Part shown: positions 21,701-31,294 of the stretch, piece by piece
How positions within the stretch are numbered: the stretch's first letter is position 1
Layout of the letters: each line of letters starts with the position of its first letter
Assembly: GCA_048302525.1 (NCBI GenBank)
Contig: DBFDDV010000107.1
Span: 1 to 60,111, forward strand
Length of the DNA: 60,111 nucleotides
Source of the DNA: Collinsella sp.
GTDB lineage: Bacteria; Actinomycetota; Coriobacteriia; Coriobacteriales; Coriobacteriaceae
Reading direction: 5' to 3'
Position numbers and translations under genes: made by a program
Notes under the pieces: model-generated
Seen by the model: the letters and a program-made list of their open reading frames with translations, nothing else
Told to the model about the DNA's origin: nothing
Database searches by the model: none

Positions 21701-24700
21701 AGTCTGGAGCTCTTTGCCGTCGTTGTCGAGCAACTGGAACGTGAAGTCGCCCCCTGCGAGCTCGCCACCCGTGAAGCGCTTCGTCGCCTTGAGCGTTACC
21801 GAGGTCTCCTTCGGGTGGTACGTGTTCGTGAAGGTCTTGTCTCCACTCGTTACCTGCGGTGTGGCCGTCAGCGAGCCGGTGCCATCGTCCGCGACCGTCA
21901 CCTTGTAGATGAGCGCATGGGTGTCGTAGGCCATGCCCGGCTCCGTGCCCGGCTTCTCCGCGATGGTGTAGGTGAAGTCCTTGCTCGCAGCGCCGCCCAG
22001 GTTGGAGAGCGTGAACTTGCGCGTGAACTTCACCGTGCCATCGGCCTTGTTCGTCGTGGTGCCGAGCACCTTGCCGTCGGCGTCCTTCAGCTCGAACGTG
22101 TATTCGCCGCCCTTCAGCTTGGTGTCGTGCGTGAAGCCCGGCGCGACCGCAACGATCTTGGTCGCCGTCAGCTCCACGGATCCCTTTGCGGTGTAGGTGT
22201 TCGTGAAGGTGGGGGCATTGGCCTTGTCACCATCGTAGGTAACAGCGGCGTCCAGCTTGCCGGCATTGTCCATGACCTTCACCACGGCATGGTGCACCGT
22301 AGCGTCGTAGGTCACGTGGGACAGGTCGCCCTCCTGTTCCGCGACGGTGTATTTGTACTCGCCGGCCTTGGTGTAGTCGATGGCCGGGAAGGTGACGGTG
22401 CCGTCCTCGCTGTTCTTGGCGCTCCGGATGGGTTGCTTGCCCTTCAGCTGCTCAGCCGTCAGGTCGCCCTCGTACAGGTCGAAGGTGAACTCGCCGCCCT
22501 TGAGCGTGGCCTGCGTGTTGTCGGACTTCACATAGGCCTTCTTCGCCGTGAGCGCCACCGAGGTCTCGGCGGGCTGGTACTTGTTAGTGAAGGTCGGGGC
22601 ATCGTTCTTGCCGTCATAGGTGACGGTCGCCTTCGCCTTGTCGCCCTCCGCCTTCACCGAGACGTGAACCTTCACCGCCTTGGTGTCGTAGGTGATAGTC
22701 GGATCGGCACCGACGTTCTCCTCCTTGAGTTTGTAGTCGTACTCGCCGATGGTCAGACCGGTGAGGGCAAGATTGATCTTGCCCTCCTTGTCGTTCTGGA
22801 CGATCTTGACGGGATTACCCGTGGACGTGTCGCCTTGGTACAGGCCGAAGGCGAACGCGCCGTCCGTCAGCTCCTTGCCCGTGAGGGTCTTCTTTGCCTC
22901 GATGGTTGCATCGGCCGTCGGCTTCGCGTTGGTGAAGGTCGGCACGGCCTTATCGCCGCCGTAGGTGACGGTTGCGTCCAGCGTGCCGTTCTTTTTATCG
23001 GTGACGCTGACCTTGACCTTCACTTTCTGACCGTCGTAGACGACGGTCGGGTCGGCGCCCTTCACCTCCTTGATGGTGTACTCGTAGTCACCGGCCTCGG
23101 TGTAGTTGATGGGCTGGAAGGTAATGTTGCCGTTCTCGTCGTTCGTGACGGTCTCAAGGGGCGTGCCTTCCGCCTTGTCACCCTTGTACAGAGCAAACGA
23201 GAAATCGTTCCCCGCGAGCGCACCGCCCGTAAAGTACTTCTTCGCCGCCAGGGTCACGGAACCCTTCGCAGCATAGCTGTTGGTAAAGGTGGCGAGGTTC
23301 ACCTTGCCGTTCTTGACCTCAAGCGTCTCGCTCTTGTCATCGCCGTCCTTCTTCACCGCCACGCCTGTGACAGTCAGCTTGGCATTCTTGTCCTCAACCC
23401 TTACCGTGACGGTATAGGTGGAATCGTCCATCGTCCAACCAGCGTTCTGCACACCAGTCGTATTAGGATCGTCATCTTCCCCGTGGGCCTCGGTGAGAGC
23501 AAACGTGTAGTCGCCTGCCTTGTTGAATTTCATGCCGGAGAAGTTGAGGGTCTGACCGTCCTTGCCGGTGATCTCCCCCTTCGTGGTCTTGGACTCCGAG
23601 GATGTGTCACCCTTCAGGCCGTCAGCCTTCAGATCGCCGGCGGCAATCTTATCCTTCGTCTCCGACGTGGCAGCCAGCGTGAACGAGAACTCCTTGTCCG
23701 TGCTCTCGGTGCCGGAGACCTTCTTCGTTACCTGCGGGGTCAGTTTGTCGCTGGCAGTCGTCTTGTAGCTGTTCTCGAACGGAATGGTTAGCGTGGAGTC
23801 TTCCGGTGTTGAGGCCGCATTGATCGCCTTAGAAGCGACGACTTTCTCCTCGCCCGGTTTACTCGGATCAGGTGCGTACAGCGTCGACACCACACCGATC
23901 GTGCCATTATGATTGTCGAGCACCTCGATCTTCACTGTGTACTCGGTCTTGTCATAGGTGTAGCCGGCGGGAATGGCCGACGGCACGTCCTCAACAACCT
24001 TGTACCGATAGACATTGCCGCCGTGCGCGTTGTTGACATCATCTTGCGTGAACTTCAGGGCATCCGTGGGCAGCAGGCTCACGGTCTTGGTATCCCCGGG
24101 CTTCATCTCGGGAGTTTCGAAAGTCTTCGAGTTGCCGTCAATACCGAGCTTCGCGGCGGCCTGCGCGGCCGTCGTCATCGTGAACTCCGTACCATCCTGC
24201 GCGAACGCCGTTGCGTCAAGCGGAGTCACCGTAAAGCTGAATCTACTGCTGGCGCCAGCCGTGCCGTTGAATGTCTTCTTGATCTGCAAGCCGGCTTTCG
24301 CGCTGTAATTAACCGGATCAACCTTGTACTTGTTCTTAAACGGAACCGTGGGCTTGCCGTCATCGGACTTCAGGCTCGAGACCGTCTGCACGTAGTTGGT
24401 CGTGGTATCGAGACCCTTAATCGCCTCGGCCGTCAGCTTATCAACGTCGCCGTTCTCGCCGACAAGCGCCGTCACGCCCGGGCCCTTCACAACCGTCGTC
24501 TCGGTGTAAAGCTGACCCTTGTTATCCAGGTTCGGTTTCACCGCGATGAGCACGTAGGCGTCACCGGAGTACTTGGTGTCATACGTGTACCCATCAGCAT
24601 CGGCGCCACGCGCCTCAGACACCTTGTACACGTACATCTTGTTGTAGCTCAGCTGCGTGAAGTTCATCTTCAGCTTGCCGGACATCGTGGCGGTCTGCGT

Positions 24701-27700
24701 ATCGTCACCGTCATCCTTGCCCACGGTGTTCTTGAACGACTTATCGGTATCAGCCGGCTCCGGGGCCGTCGTACCGTTATACGTCATCGCCTCGATGGTG
24801 AACGGGAACATGCCATTCTTCAGCGGGGTACCAACCAGAGTCTTGGTCACATCGATGCCCGCGTAGGTACCAGAGGCCGCATAGATGTTGGTGAACGCGG
24901 CGGCGTCCGTCACCTGCCGGTCGGCATCCGTCGTCGCCTGCTTGTTGTCGTACGCAACCGACGCGGTCAGCTTACCGGTGTGCTTGCCGTTCTCGATATC
25001 GATCACTGTGTACGTCACCGTGGACGTATGGCCGTCATACGCAATACCAGTCTTATCCGCGTCGGTCGGCTTCGTCTCGTTCACATTGAACGTATACGTG
25101 CCCGACTTGGTGAACACCAGGTCGCCCGCACCGAAGGTTGCAGAACGCGTCGCGTCACCGGCGCCTGCGATCTCAACCTTAGTCGTCAGATCGCCGGTCT
25201 CATCGGAGTCGGTAGCCTTCCTCTGGGTAACGACCTTGTTTTTAACCGCATCCCTCGTCGCATCATCCGCCGGCGTCAGGGTGAAGTCGAACGCATCGCT
25301 CGTCTCCCACGCGCGCCCGGTGAACGTCTTTTGCACGTTAACCGGCGCCGACGTCGCCTGGGTCACCGTGTAGGTGTTCTTGAACGGGATGTATCCGTTG
25401 GCGTCCGTCAGCTGCGTGCCGTCGGCCTTCCAATACGTGACCGTGGAGGACAGGCACTTACCCGTCCCAGACTCGTTATCAACCTGCTGGTTCTTCACCA
25501 GCACGTAGTACACCGTATCGTCGTAGCCCATGCCACTGGACGTCGATGTATCGGAATCCTTGACCTCGGTCACCTTGTACACGTAAGTGAGGTTCTCGCT
25601 GCCCATCGTATAGGTGATCTGCGGGAACGCGGCGATACCGCCGTCATCGTTCTTCGCCGTGGTCGTGGTGGACGTGCACCCCTTAGGCATGGGGACCTTG
25701 CTGGCACCGACGCTGTAGGAGGTGGCGAGCTTGCCGAAATCGATGGCTCCACTCGGCACGGCATCATTCTTCATCCCGCCGAGTGCCTCGAGCTGGAACG
25801 TGAACTTATCCTTCACAAGCGGATTTGCACCGGACTGGTCGGCATACGTCTTCTGCACGTTGAAGGAGATGGTCTTCTCATCGGTGTTATAGGTGTTCGT
25901 GATCTTGGCGATTTTGTCAGCGACCTCGATCGGGTTGTCCTTTTGGCTCATACCGTCGTCGGTGTAGGTCTGCTCCATCTTGACTGCCGGCTGCGACAGC
26001 GTGCCGTCGCCGTTATCCCTCACCGTCACCGTGACACGGTAGGTAGCGCTCGAATACCCGAACCCGGGCAACCAGTCAGCGTCGTTTTGAGACGGCGTGG
26101 CCTCGGCAATGAGATAGGTGTAGGTGCCGGGCTTGGCGTACTCAATATTGCCGAAGTCGAACGTGTCCCCGTTCTTGACGGTCTTCACAACCTGCTTCAT
26201 ACCACTCACGGGCGCATCCTTGGCACCGGCGGGCATCGGCGTGCCCTTGTCCGCGCGCAGGTAAATCTTGAAGCTATCGCCATCCTTCCAGTCACGGCCC
26301 CGGAGCACCTTCTGCGCCCAGAACGCATTGGTGAGCGTCACCGGCGGCTTTACGCTGTAGGTGTTCGTGAATACCAGCTTGTTGGCTTCGGCCAACGTGC
26401 CGTTGGCGTTCTGCTTCGCAATCGTGCCGGAGATGCTGGCGCCCTCGCCGCTCAGGGCGTTGCCGCCCTGCTCGCGCTTGGTCAGCGTGAAGCCGGCCGG
26501 CATCTTGTCCGTACCGGTCAGTTCCTGCACCGTGTAGGTGTCGTGCTCGGCGAGACCGTACACGCGGATCGTCTGGCCGTCCGTGATGGTCTGCTCGCGG
26601 CCGTTCTCGAGGTCGAATATTTTGCCGACCTGCTTCTCGCTTGCGGTCCCCGCGTTCTCAAACACCGCGGCCTTGTACGTCTTCCCCGCCGTCGTGGGCA
26701 CGGTGAACTTGAAGGTGAACCCCGCGTCCGGTTTTCCCGTCAGGCCCGCTGGCACCACGACCTTCTTCGTCACCTCGAGGCTCGCCTCGCGCTTGTTCGC
26801 TACGCGCACACAGGTGGCGCCCGTAAACAGGGCATTCAGGTTCATGTCGTCCAGATCGGCGCGGGCGCCCTTCGCATTAGTGTCACCAGACACGTCCTGG
26901 GTGATACCCATACGTATCCAGCCCGTCTCGGTCTCCAGGCGGTAGGGTTTGCCCTCCTCGGTGGGCCCATACTGGTACATGCGTCCGTTAGCGCCGTACT
27001 TGAGGTGCACTGTGTCGTCTGCACCCACGGGTTCGACATCGGTCCACGTCAGGTTGCCTTTAACATTGGTCTCGCCATTCGAGGTCTGCCGCGTACCCTT
27101 GATCCACGTGAGCGTGTTGTCGATGTCGCCCTCTGCGCCAAACTGGCCCAGACTCTTCATGAGCGCGCCCGGGCCCACGAACGTCGAAACGCCGTCATCG
27201 TCCGTACCAGCATCGGCATGGACGCCGCAATCGTCCACAATCACCTTGGTGAGCGTGTCGTTAAGCAGGAAGCCCTTGGGAGCCGAGACCTCCTTTAGGA
27301 AGTAAGTTCCATTCACGAGCGGCCTGTTACCGTCGCTTGTATTCGGGAATATGCCCGCACCTTCGAGCGGGACCGGGTTGCCGACCGACCCCGTCCTCAG
27401 GGTGTCGTAGGGGTCCTGGCCGTCCTTGAGCACGACCTTGCCGTTCGCATCCGTAGTCACCTGGGTGGACTTGTACAGGCCGAACTTCGCGCCGTCTACG
27501 GGGTTGCCCTCGGTATCGGTCTTCTGCACGAACAGGCGGTTCTGGATGTTCGTGACGAGCAGGCGCGTGGCGAACTGTCGCTGGAAATTCTTCTCGCCGC
27601 TGGGGAGGTCATCGCTGAACACGTGGACCGTGTTGTCCGTATTCGCGTTGGCGATGGAACTCGCCGTTGTGTGGTAGATGGTCACCGTGTACTCGGCATC

Positions 27701-29620
27701 CTTGCGGGCATCACCGCTCAGCATGTAGTAGTAGCTGGAGATGTCACCGGGCAGATACGGAATCTCTACCTGGTACTGGCCGCTCGTGTTGAGCGTGAAG
27801 GCGTGCAGGTCCTTCTTCGCCGCCTCGATAGCGCCGGCCATGCTCGGCTTCTTGGCGAGGGTGTATCCCGCTCCCGTCGATGGGTCGCCCGACACGGCGT
27901 ACCAACTGTTCGGATCGTTGATATCTGTGCTTGCGCTTTTATCGCGCTTGAGCACCACAGCGAACAGTATGCCGGAGTCCAGGCTGACGGTCTTGTCGGA
28001 CTTCGTCTGGTCATCGCTCGCCTTGTACACGATCGACGGCGCGGTGATGGTCTCCTTCGCGCCGGCGAACGCACCCGTCTGCCACACGGCGCTGTCCGCG
28101 TCCATACCGCCGCGGTTAATGATGACGCCGCCCGCGCCGTTCTCAGCGCTCGCGGGCACGTACTCGAGCTGCATGCTACCACCCGTCGCCGCGAGACTCG
28201 AGCGGTATCCCTCGGGTACGCGCGTCTCCTTCAGGAGGTAGTACTTGTTGTTGTCGTGATCCTTGTTGTAGAGATCGTCGAAGTTGATGACGCCGTTGTC
28301 CACGTCGTTCGTGAGCGTTAGGTGGCCGGCCTCGTCCGTGGTACCGGAGCCGATGAGCTCGCCCACGGTCTTGAAGTCCTTGTCGGTCTTATAGAGCTTG
28401 AACTCGGCACCCTGTACGAACTTGCCGTCCTGGTCGAACTTGATGATGTCGGACTCGGGAACCGTCACGAGGTTGAACTTGAGCCTCATGTTGGAGTCGG
28501 TGGCGCCACGCTCCAAGTAGAAGAACTTGAGCGTGTGGTTGGTGCCGCCAGCGAAGGTGTTGCCGTTGAAGCCCGAAATATCCCGCCCCGCATCCTTGAA
28601 CTTGCTTTTCAGCGTGCCATTTGCGGAATTGTTAACGCTGATGTCGCCCGTTTGGAAGTTAATGGTCAGATCAGCACTGGTGTGGATACCGCCAATGTCG
28701 CCCACGAGGACATCGTCAATGAACACCCAGACGTCGTCGTCTCCGGCGAACTCAAAGGTCATGGGCTTGTCAGCGTTCGTTTTGCCATCCTTCGGCTGCA
28801 CGAAGCGCGACGACATGGAGAGGCCGAAATAATGGTTGAGGGGTCCGTTGTTCTGCGACGTAATGCCGTTCGGGACGAGTTTGCCGTCCTCTTCCTTGAA
28901 TACCTCATCGGCCGCATCGAAGGGGAAGAACTGGCCTACTGAATGAGGCTCAGCCCCCGCTTGCATAACGCCGGCAGCATTGTAGACATCAAATGCATTC
29001 TTATTGGCGTTGTATGCCGCGTAGTTCCGCGAGCTGTCATACTCGTAGTAGCCACCCTTGGCCTGCAACAGACCCGTCACACCCATATGGGATATCTTGC
29101 CCGTCTGGACGGAGGAATCAAACAGGTAGCCGAGGGATTCTCCCTCCCAGCGGTCGGTGAGTTTCGGGTAACCACCGGCAAGAACATTGTTCACGATGCC
29201 GGTGCGGACCCGGGAGTCACCCGTATACTGGTTAAGTTCCTCGCTGGCTCCTTGATCCTTGAACTGGAAGCGGTGGTTCTTGTTGATGCCGCCGTTGCCG
29301 GAAACCGACAGATGGTTATCGGGATTCACCCAGTAATCAAACAGGTTGATTGTTGTCCCCGAAGGCGAAATCGTCGGAACCGTGTGGTCCGAAATTGCCG
29401 CCTCGGCACGAAGCGGCAGGAAGAAACTCGCCGTCAGCGCGATGGCGAGGGCCAGAACAATCGCATATGGTGAGACCGAGCGCAGCCCGCGACGACGGCC
29501 ACAAAACATGACGGACCACCGCTCGCGCGGCCGGTGTTCACCAGGAAGTTCCCTGCTTAGACACCCCCCCCCGGTAGCAATATTCACGAGTCGAGACGTC
29601 GTCTCTCTGAGCTCCTGCAT
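18707..29620 (-). CDS. Giant sortase-anchored adhesin (~3,637 aa): PA14/fibro-slime domain, SpaA/Cna-B-like domains, many Spy0128/FctA-type repeats, LPNMG anchor
   Basis: Signal-like hydrophobic segment ending AEA; FEFAGDDDVWVFID fibro-slime motif; repeated K...F-x-F-x-L...Y-x-Y-x-x-x-E...YD...FTNTY units; Pro-rich linker, LPNMG, TM, RRRNR; ATG 29620 with GGAGG SD. Confidence 0.9.
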   Translation of the reverse strand: MQELRETTSRLVNIATGGGCLSRELPGEHRPRERWSVMFCGRRRGLRSVSPYAIVLALAIALTASFFLPLRAEAAISDHTVPTISPSGTTINLFDYWVNPDNHLSVSGNGGINKNHRFQFKDQGASEELNQYTGDSRVRTGIVNNVLAGGYPKLTDRWEGESLGYLFDSSVQTGKISHMGVTGLLQAKGGYYEYDSSRNYAAYNANKNAFDVYNAAGVMQAGAEPHSVGQFFPFDAADEVFKEEDGKLVPNGITSQNNGPLNHYFGLSMSSRFVQPKDGKTNADKPMTFEFAGDDDVWVFIDDVLVGDIGGIHTSADLTINFQTGDISVNNSANGTLKSKFKDAGRDISGFNGNTFAGGTNHTLKFFYLERGATDSNMRLKFNLVTVPESDIIKFDQDGKFVQGAEFKLYKTDKDFKTVGELIGSGTTDEAGHLTLTNDVDNGVINFDDLYNKDHDNNKYYLLKETRVPEGYRSSLAATGGSMQLEYVPASAENGAGGVIINRGGMDADSAVWQTGAFAGAKETITAPSIVYKASDDQTKSDKTVSLDSGILFAVVLKRDKSASTDINDPNSWYAVSGDPSTGAGYTLAKKPSMAGAIEAAKKDLHAFTLNTSGQYQVEIPYLPGDISSYYYMLSGDARKDAEYTVTIYHTTASSIANANTDNTVHVFSDDLPSGEKNFQRQFATRLLVTNIQNRLFVQKTDTEGNPVDGAKFGLYKSTQVTTDANGKVVLKDGQDPYDTLRTGSVGNPVPLEGAGIFPNTSDGNRPLVNGTYFLKEVSAPKGFLLNDTLTKVIVDDCGVHADAGTDDDGVSTFVGPGALMKSLGQFGAEGDIDNTLTWIKGTRQTSNGETNVKGNLTWTDVEPVGADDTVHLKYGANGRMYQYGPTEEGKPYRLETETGWIRMGITQDVSGDTNAKGARADLDDMNLNALFTGATCVRVANKREASLEVTKKVVVPAGLTGKPDAGFTFKFTVPTTAGKTYKAAVFENAGTASEKQVGKIFDLENGREQTITDGQTIRVYGLAEHDTYTVQELTGTDKMPAGFTLTKREQGGNALSGEGASISGTIAKQNANGTLAEANKLVFTNTYSVKPPVTLTNAFWAQKVLRGRDWKDGDSFKIYLRADKGTPMPAGAKDAPVSGMKQVVKTVKNGDTFDFGNIEYAKPGTYTYLIAEATPSQNDADWLPGFGYSSATYRVTVTVRDNGDGTLSQPAVKMEQTYTDDGMSQKDNPIEVADKIAKITNTYNTDEKTISFNVQKTYADQSGANPLVKDKFTFQLEALGGMKNDAVPSGAIDFGKLATSYSVGASKVPMPKGCTSTTTTAKNDDGGIAAFPQITYTMGSENLTYVYKVTEVKDSDTSTSSGMGYDDTVYYVLVKNQQVDNESGTGKCLSSTVTYWKADGTQLTDANGYIPFKNTYTVTQATSAPVNVQKTFTGRAWETSDAFDFTLTPADDATRDAVKNKVVTQRKATDSDETGDLTTKVEIAGAGDATRSATFGAGDLVFTKSGTYTFNVNETKPTDADKTGIAYDGHTSTVTYTVIDIENGKHTGKLTASVAYDNKQATTDADRQVTDAAAFTNIYAASGTYAGIDVTKTLVGTPLKNGMFPFTIEAMTYNGTTAPEPADTDKSFKNTVGKDDGDDTQTATMSGKLKMNFTQLSYNKMYVYKVSEARGADADGYTYDTKYSGDAYVLIAVKPNLDNKGQLYTETTVVKGPGVTALVGENGDVDKLTAEAIKGLDTTTNYVQTVSSLKSDDGKPTVPFKNKYKVDPVNYSAKAGLQIKKTFNGTAGASSRFSFTVTPLDATAFAQDGTEFTMTTAAQAAAKLGIDGNSKTFETPEMKPGDTKTVSLLPTDALKFTQDDVNNAHGGNVYRYKVVEDVPSAIPAGYTYDKTEYTVKIEVLDNHNGTIGVVSTLYAPDPSKPGEEKVVASKAINAASTPEDSTLTIPFENSYKTTASDKLTPQVTKKVSGTESTDKEFSFTLAATSETKDKIAAGDLKADGLKGDTSSESKTTKGEITGKDGQTLNFSGMKFNKAGDYTFALTEAHGEDDDPNTTGVQNAGWTMDDSTYTVTVRVEDKNAKLTVTGVAVKKDGDDKSETLEVKNGKVNLATFTNSYAAKGSVTLAAKKYFTGGALAGNDFSFALYKGDKAEGTPLETVTNDENGNITFQPINYTEAGDYEYTIKEVKGADPTVVYDGQKVKVKVSVTDKKNGTLDATVTYGGDKAVPTFTNAKPTADATIEAKKTLTGKELTDGAFAFGLYQGDTSTGNPVKIVQNDKEGKINLALTGLTIGEYDYKLKEENVGADPTITYDTKAVKVHVSVKAEGDKAKATVTYDGKNDAPTFTNKYQPAETSVALTAKKAYVKSDNTQATLKGGEFTFDLYEGDLTAEQLKGKQPIRSAKNSEDGTVTFPAIDYTKAGEYKYTVAEQEGDLSHVTYDATVHHAVVKVMDNAGKLDAAVTYDGDKANAPTFTNTYTAKGSVELTATKIVAVAPGFTHDTKLKGGEYTFELKDADGKVLGTTTNKADGTVKFTRKFTLSNLGGAASKDFTYTIAEKPGTEPGMAYDTHALIYKVTVADDGTGSLTATPQVTSGDKTFTNTYHPKETSVTLKATKRFTGGELAGGDFTFQLLDNDGKELQTAQNDKDGKVAFAAIDYATPGEHDYAIREVAGNDSTVVYDAKDVRVHVKVTDEKGELKATVTYDGEKAVPTFTNTKPTANVVVEATKVLAGKDLTADAFTFGLYDQAGNEVAKGTNDQGGKVKLAVKGLNLGEYDYTLKEEKAGQTVDGVDYDVKEVKVHVKVEQNQGDNNKTKVTVTYDGAATAPTFNNTYDAKGSVILTATKTIKVADGFDHTTKPADGEFTFDLKDAAGNVLDTAKNDANGKVSFTREFQLSDLDGAASKDFTYTIVEQSGTEPGMVYDSHPLTYTVTVTDGGNGALNAKAIVTSASGSDTFTNTYQPAATGLALGAQKSYVKKDDNTPIVPKCGEFTFDVYEGNLTAEQLAGAKPVRTATNGADGSVNFDAFSYAKPGTHEYTIVERKGDLAYVTYDAAVHHAVVTVADNAGTLQASVAYDGTNVTKPSFTNTYEAQATDSGAIALTKSVDVHDGSYQLKAGDFAFELVGSDGSVIQTQKNDAHGKVAFDKLTFDHAGTFTYTVREVQPTGDAPGVPGVTYTGKTYTLTYVVKDNNDGKLAVESSTAKPSKGTENGVTPNTMTFANSYQPGATSYQISGIKVLENTDSATMRTPADGEFTFALIDAATGQEIDRTTNAGIAFTFKAISYTATGSHTYQVKEVAGQDGTITYSDAVLDVTVSVTDDGSGQLTATANKTAADLTFTNTYTPTATTATITGTKALTGRDLAEGEFSFDLKDAAGNVVQTVQNGVDGTFNFAPLQLDKAGTYVYTVSEQVGAATNGVTYDTTVFTATVTVTENAETHALEAQVAYSTGGKAADAVAFSNSYAPAATEVKLGASKVLSGKDLKEGQFSFQLKDADGKVLQTAKNAADGTVGFKAISYDKPGTYGYSISEVNDAQKNVTYDAAEHQVTVTVTDDGAGHLVATVTYDGDVAPVFKNTYTPPTTPPVNPPTEPPTNPPVSKEEKPGLPNMGDTSLSPMALGGIAGGAVVLIATGVILRRRNR
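29564..29572 (-). repeat. G9 homopolymer in adhesin 5' coding region
   Basis: C9 on plus strand, reading ACC GGG GGG GGG TGT in frame. Confidence 0.8.
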
Positions 29621-29787
29621 AATTTCCTCCCCAGTCGCACGGCGACCTGCCCGGGCGCTCCCCGGGGGCCGAGGCAGTCTGGCACATGCCCGCAGTCGTT
29701 CAAGGAATACCAACCCCAGCATATGTCTCTTAAGATATCTTAGCCTTTTTCTATTACAGTTTTTGTCTCATTACCGATGAAATCGGC

Positions 29788-29806
29788 TCAGTCCCTTTGT
29801 CACATT
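29788..29806. repeat. Right half of split family-A palindrome (island right junction)
   Basis: TCAGTCC-CTTTGTCACATT, immediately beyond the M20 peptidase stop. Confidence 0.7.
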
Positions 29807-31222
29807 CTAGAGCGTGCGGAGCAGGGCGATGAGGAAGCGGGTGCCTTGGAGGTAGGCGCGGCGGGTAATGCGCTCGTTGGTGCCGTGGACGCCGCGATCG
29901 CACTCGTCATCGTCGACCACAAAGGCCGAGAAGCGAATGCACTCGGAGCAAATGCGCTGGTAGTTGGCAGCGTCGGTCGCGCCGATCACGGTCGAGGGGA
30001 CAATCGCCAACGGCTCGGATGATCCGTTTTCCTCCGTCCCCTTTGGATCACGGAAATAGCGGGCGGCGATGGAGCGAACCGCCTCGAGTCCCGGTCCGCC
30101 GATGCGCGGAGACGGCGAGGGTTCGGAGCTGCCGGGGCCGAGCTCGACCTCGACACGGTCGGCGAGCCCCGCCTCGGCAACGGCGACGCGGCAGCGGGCC
30201 ACGACATCGGCCACGCTCGTGCCCTCGAGCATACGGAAATTGATATCGGCCCACATATCCTGCGGCATTACGTTGGCGCCGGTGCTGCCACCCTCGACCT
30301 GCGTGGGCGCGCAGGTGGTGGTCACGAGCGGATAGAGCTTCTTGCTGGCGAGGCAATCGCGGACAATGGCGCCCCCGTTGGCGGCAATTTCATCGGCCGT
30401 GTAAAGCCCCAGCTCGACGAGCTGTGCGGCAAGCAGGTCCGTGACGCGCGTCGGCCACTCGATATCGCAGATTGCGGTGATGGCACGGCTAAGCACCTCG
30501 AGCGACGTGCCGCCGTAGGGGTTGGAAGAATGTCCACCCGCGCTCTTTGTCTTGAGCACAATGTCGGCATAGCCCTTCTCCGCGAGGTCGGCGTGCATGA
30601 GCCAACCCTCGCCCGCGCTGTACTCGGCATCCGAAACGATGCGGTAGTCGCCCTCGTCGATCAGGAACTCGAGCTCAACACCGCGCTCCTCGAGCGCGCG
30701 GCCGATGGCGCCTGCGCCGCACTGCGTCGTCTCCTCGTCCTGGCCAAAGGCCAGGAGCAGCGTCCGCTCGTGCTGCCAACCGTGCGCCAGCGCATACTCG
30801 ACAGCCTCGAGAATGCCTGCGACCTGGTCCTTCATGTCGATCGCTCCACGGCCCCAGATGTAGGTGTCGTCCACGTGCCCGCTAAAGGGGTCGTGCGTCC
30901 AGTCGGCCTCGGTACCCGGCACCACGGGAACCACGTCCATGTGGCCCATGAGCATAATGGGCTTGAGGTCAGGGTCGGAACCGCTAAGCGTCACCAATAG
31001 CGAATGGTCGATAAGGTCGACCTCGCCCGCCGCGAACACGCGCGGCCACGCCTGCTGCATATAGGCGCGCAGGTCGTCGAACGGCTGCCAGTCCACCGCC
31101 TCGGCATCCATACTCGAGATGGTCGGAAATGACAGCACGCGGCCCAAGCGCTCGCACGCGCCAGTTTCGTCCAAATCGGCAAAATCGTCCTCATGCGCAA
31201 AGAAGCGCCAAACCTCGGCCAT
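29807..31222 (-). CDS. M20/M25/M40 metallo-hydrolase (carboxypeptidase S/PM20D1-like)
   Basis: GHMDVVP, IWGRGAIDMK, GQDEE, IDEG, GGHSS, GATD, HGTNERI. Confidence 0.88.
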   Translation of the reverse strand: MAEVWRFFAHEDDFADLDETGACERLGRVLSFPTISSMDAEAVDWQPFDDLRAYMQQAWPRVFAAGEVDLIDHSLLVTLSGSDPDLKPIMLMGHMDVVPVVPGTEADWTHDPFSGHVDDTYIWGRGAIDMKDQVAGILEAVEYALAHGWQHERTLLLAFGQDEETTQCGAGAIGRALEERGVELEFLIDEGDYRIVSDAEYSAGEGWLMHADLAEKGYADIVLKTKSAGGHSSNPYGGTSLEVLSRAITAICDIEWPTRVTDLLAAQLVELGLYTADEIAANGGAIVRDCLASKKLYPLVTTTCAPTQVEGGSTGANVMPQDMWADINFRMLEGTSVADVVARCRVAVAEAGLADRVEVELGPGSSEPSPSPRIGGPGLEAVRSIAARYFRDPKGTEENGSSEPLAIVPSTVIGATDAANYQRICSECIRFSAFVVDDDECDRGVHGTNERITRRAYLQGTRFLIALLRTL

Positions 31223-31294
31223 GACATCCTTTCGATTGTGATGACGAGGGCCGCCCCACCGGAGCGGCCCTGCCACGCAAACATTTGCGGTTGG

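Larger units (their letters stand above)
17089..29794. mobile_element. Putative 12.7-kb insertion (AAA_14/DUF4143 gene + giant adhesin) within a REP-like palindrome
   Basis: TCAGTCC direct repeats at 17089-17095 and 29788-29794; removing the segment rebuilds a full palindrome; no integrase inside. Confidence 0.55.
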
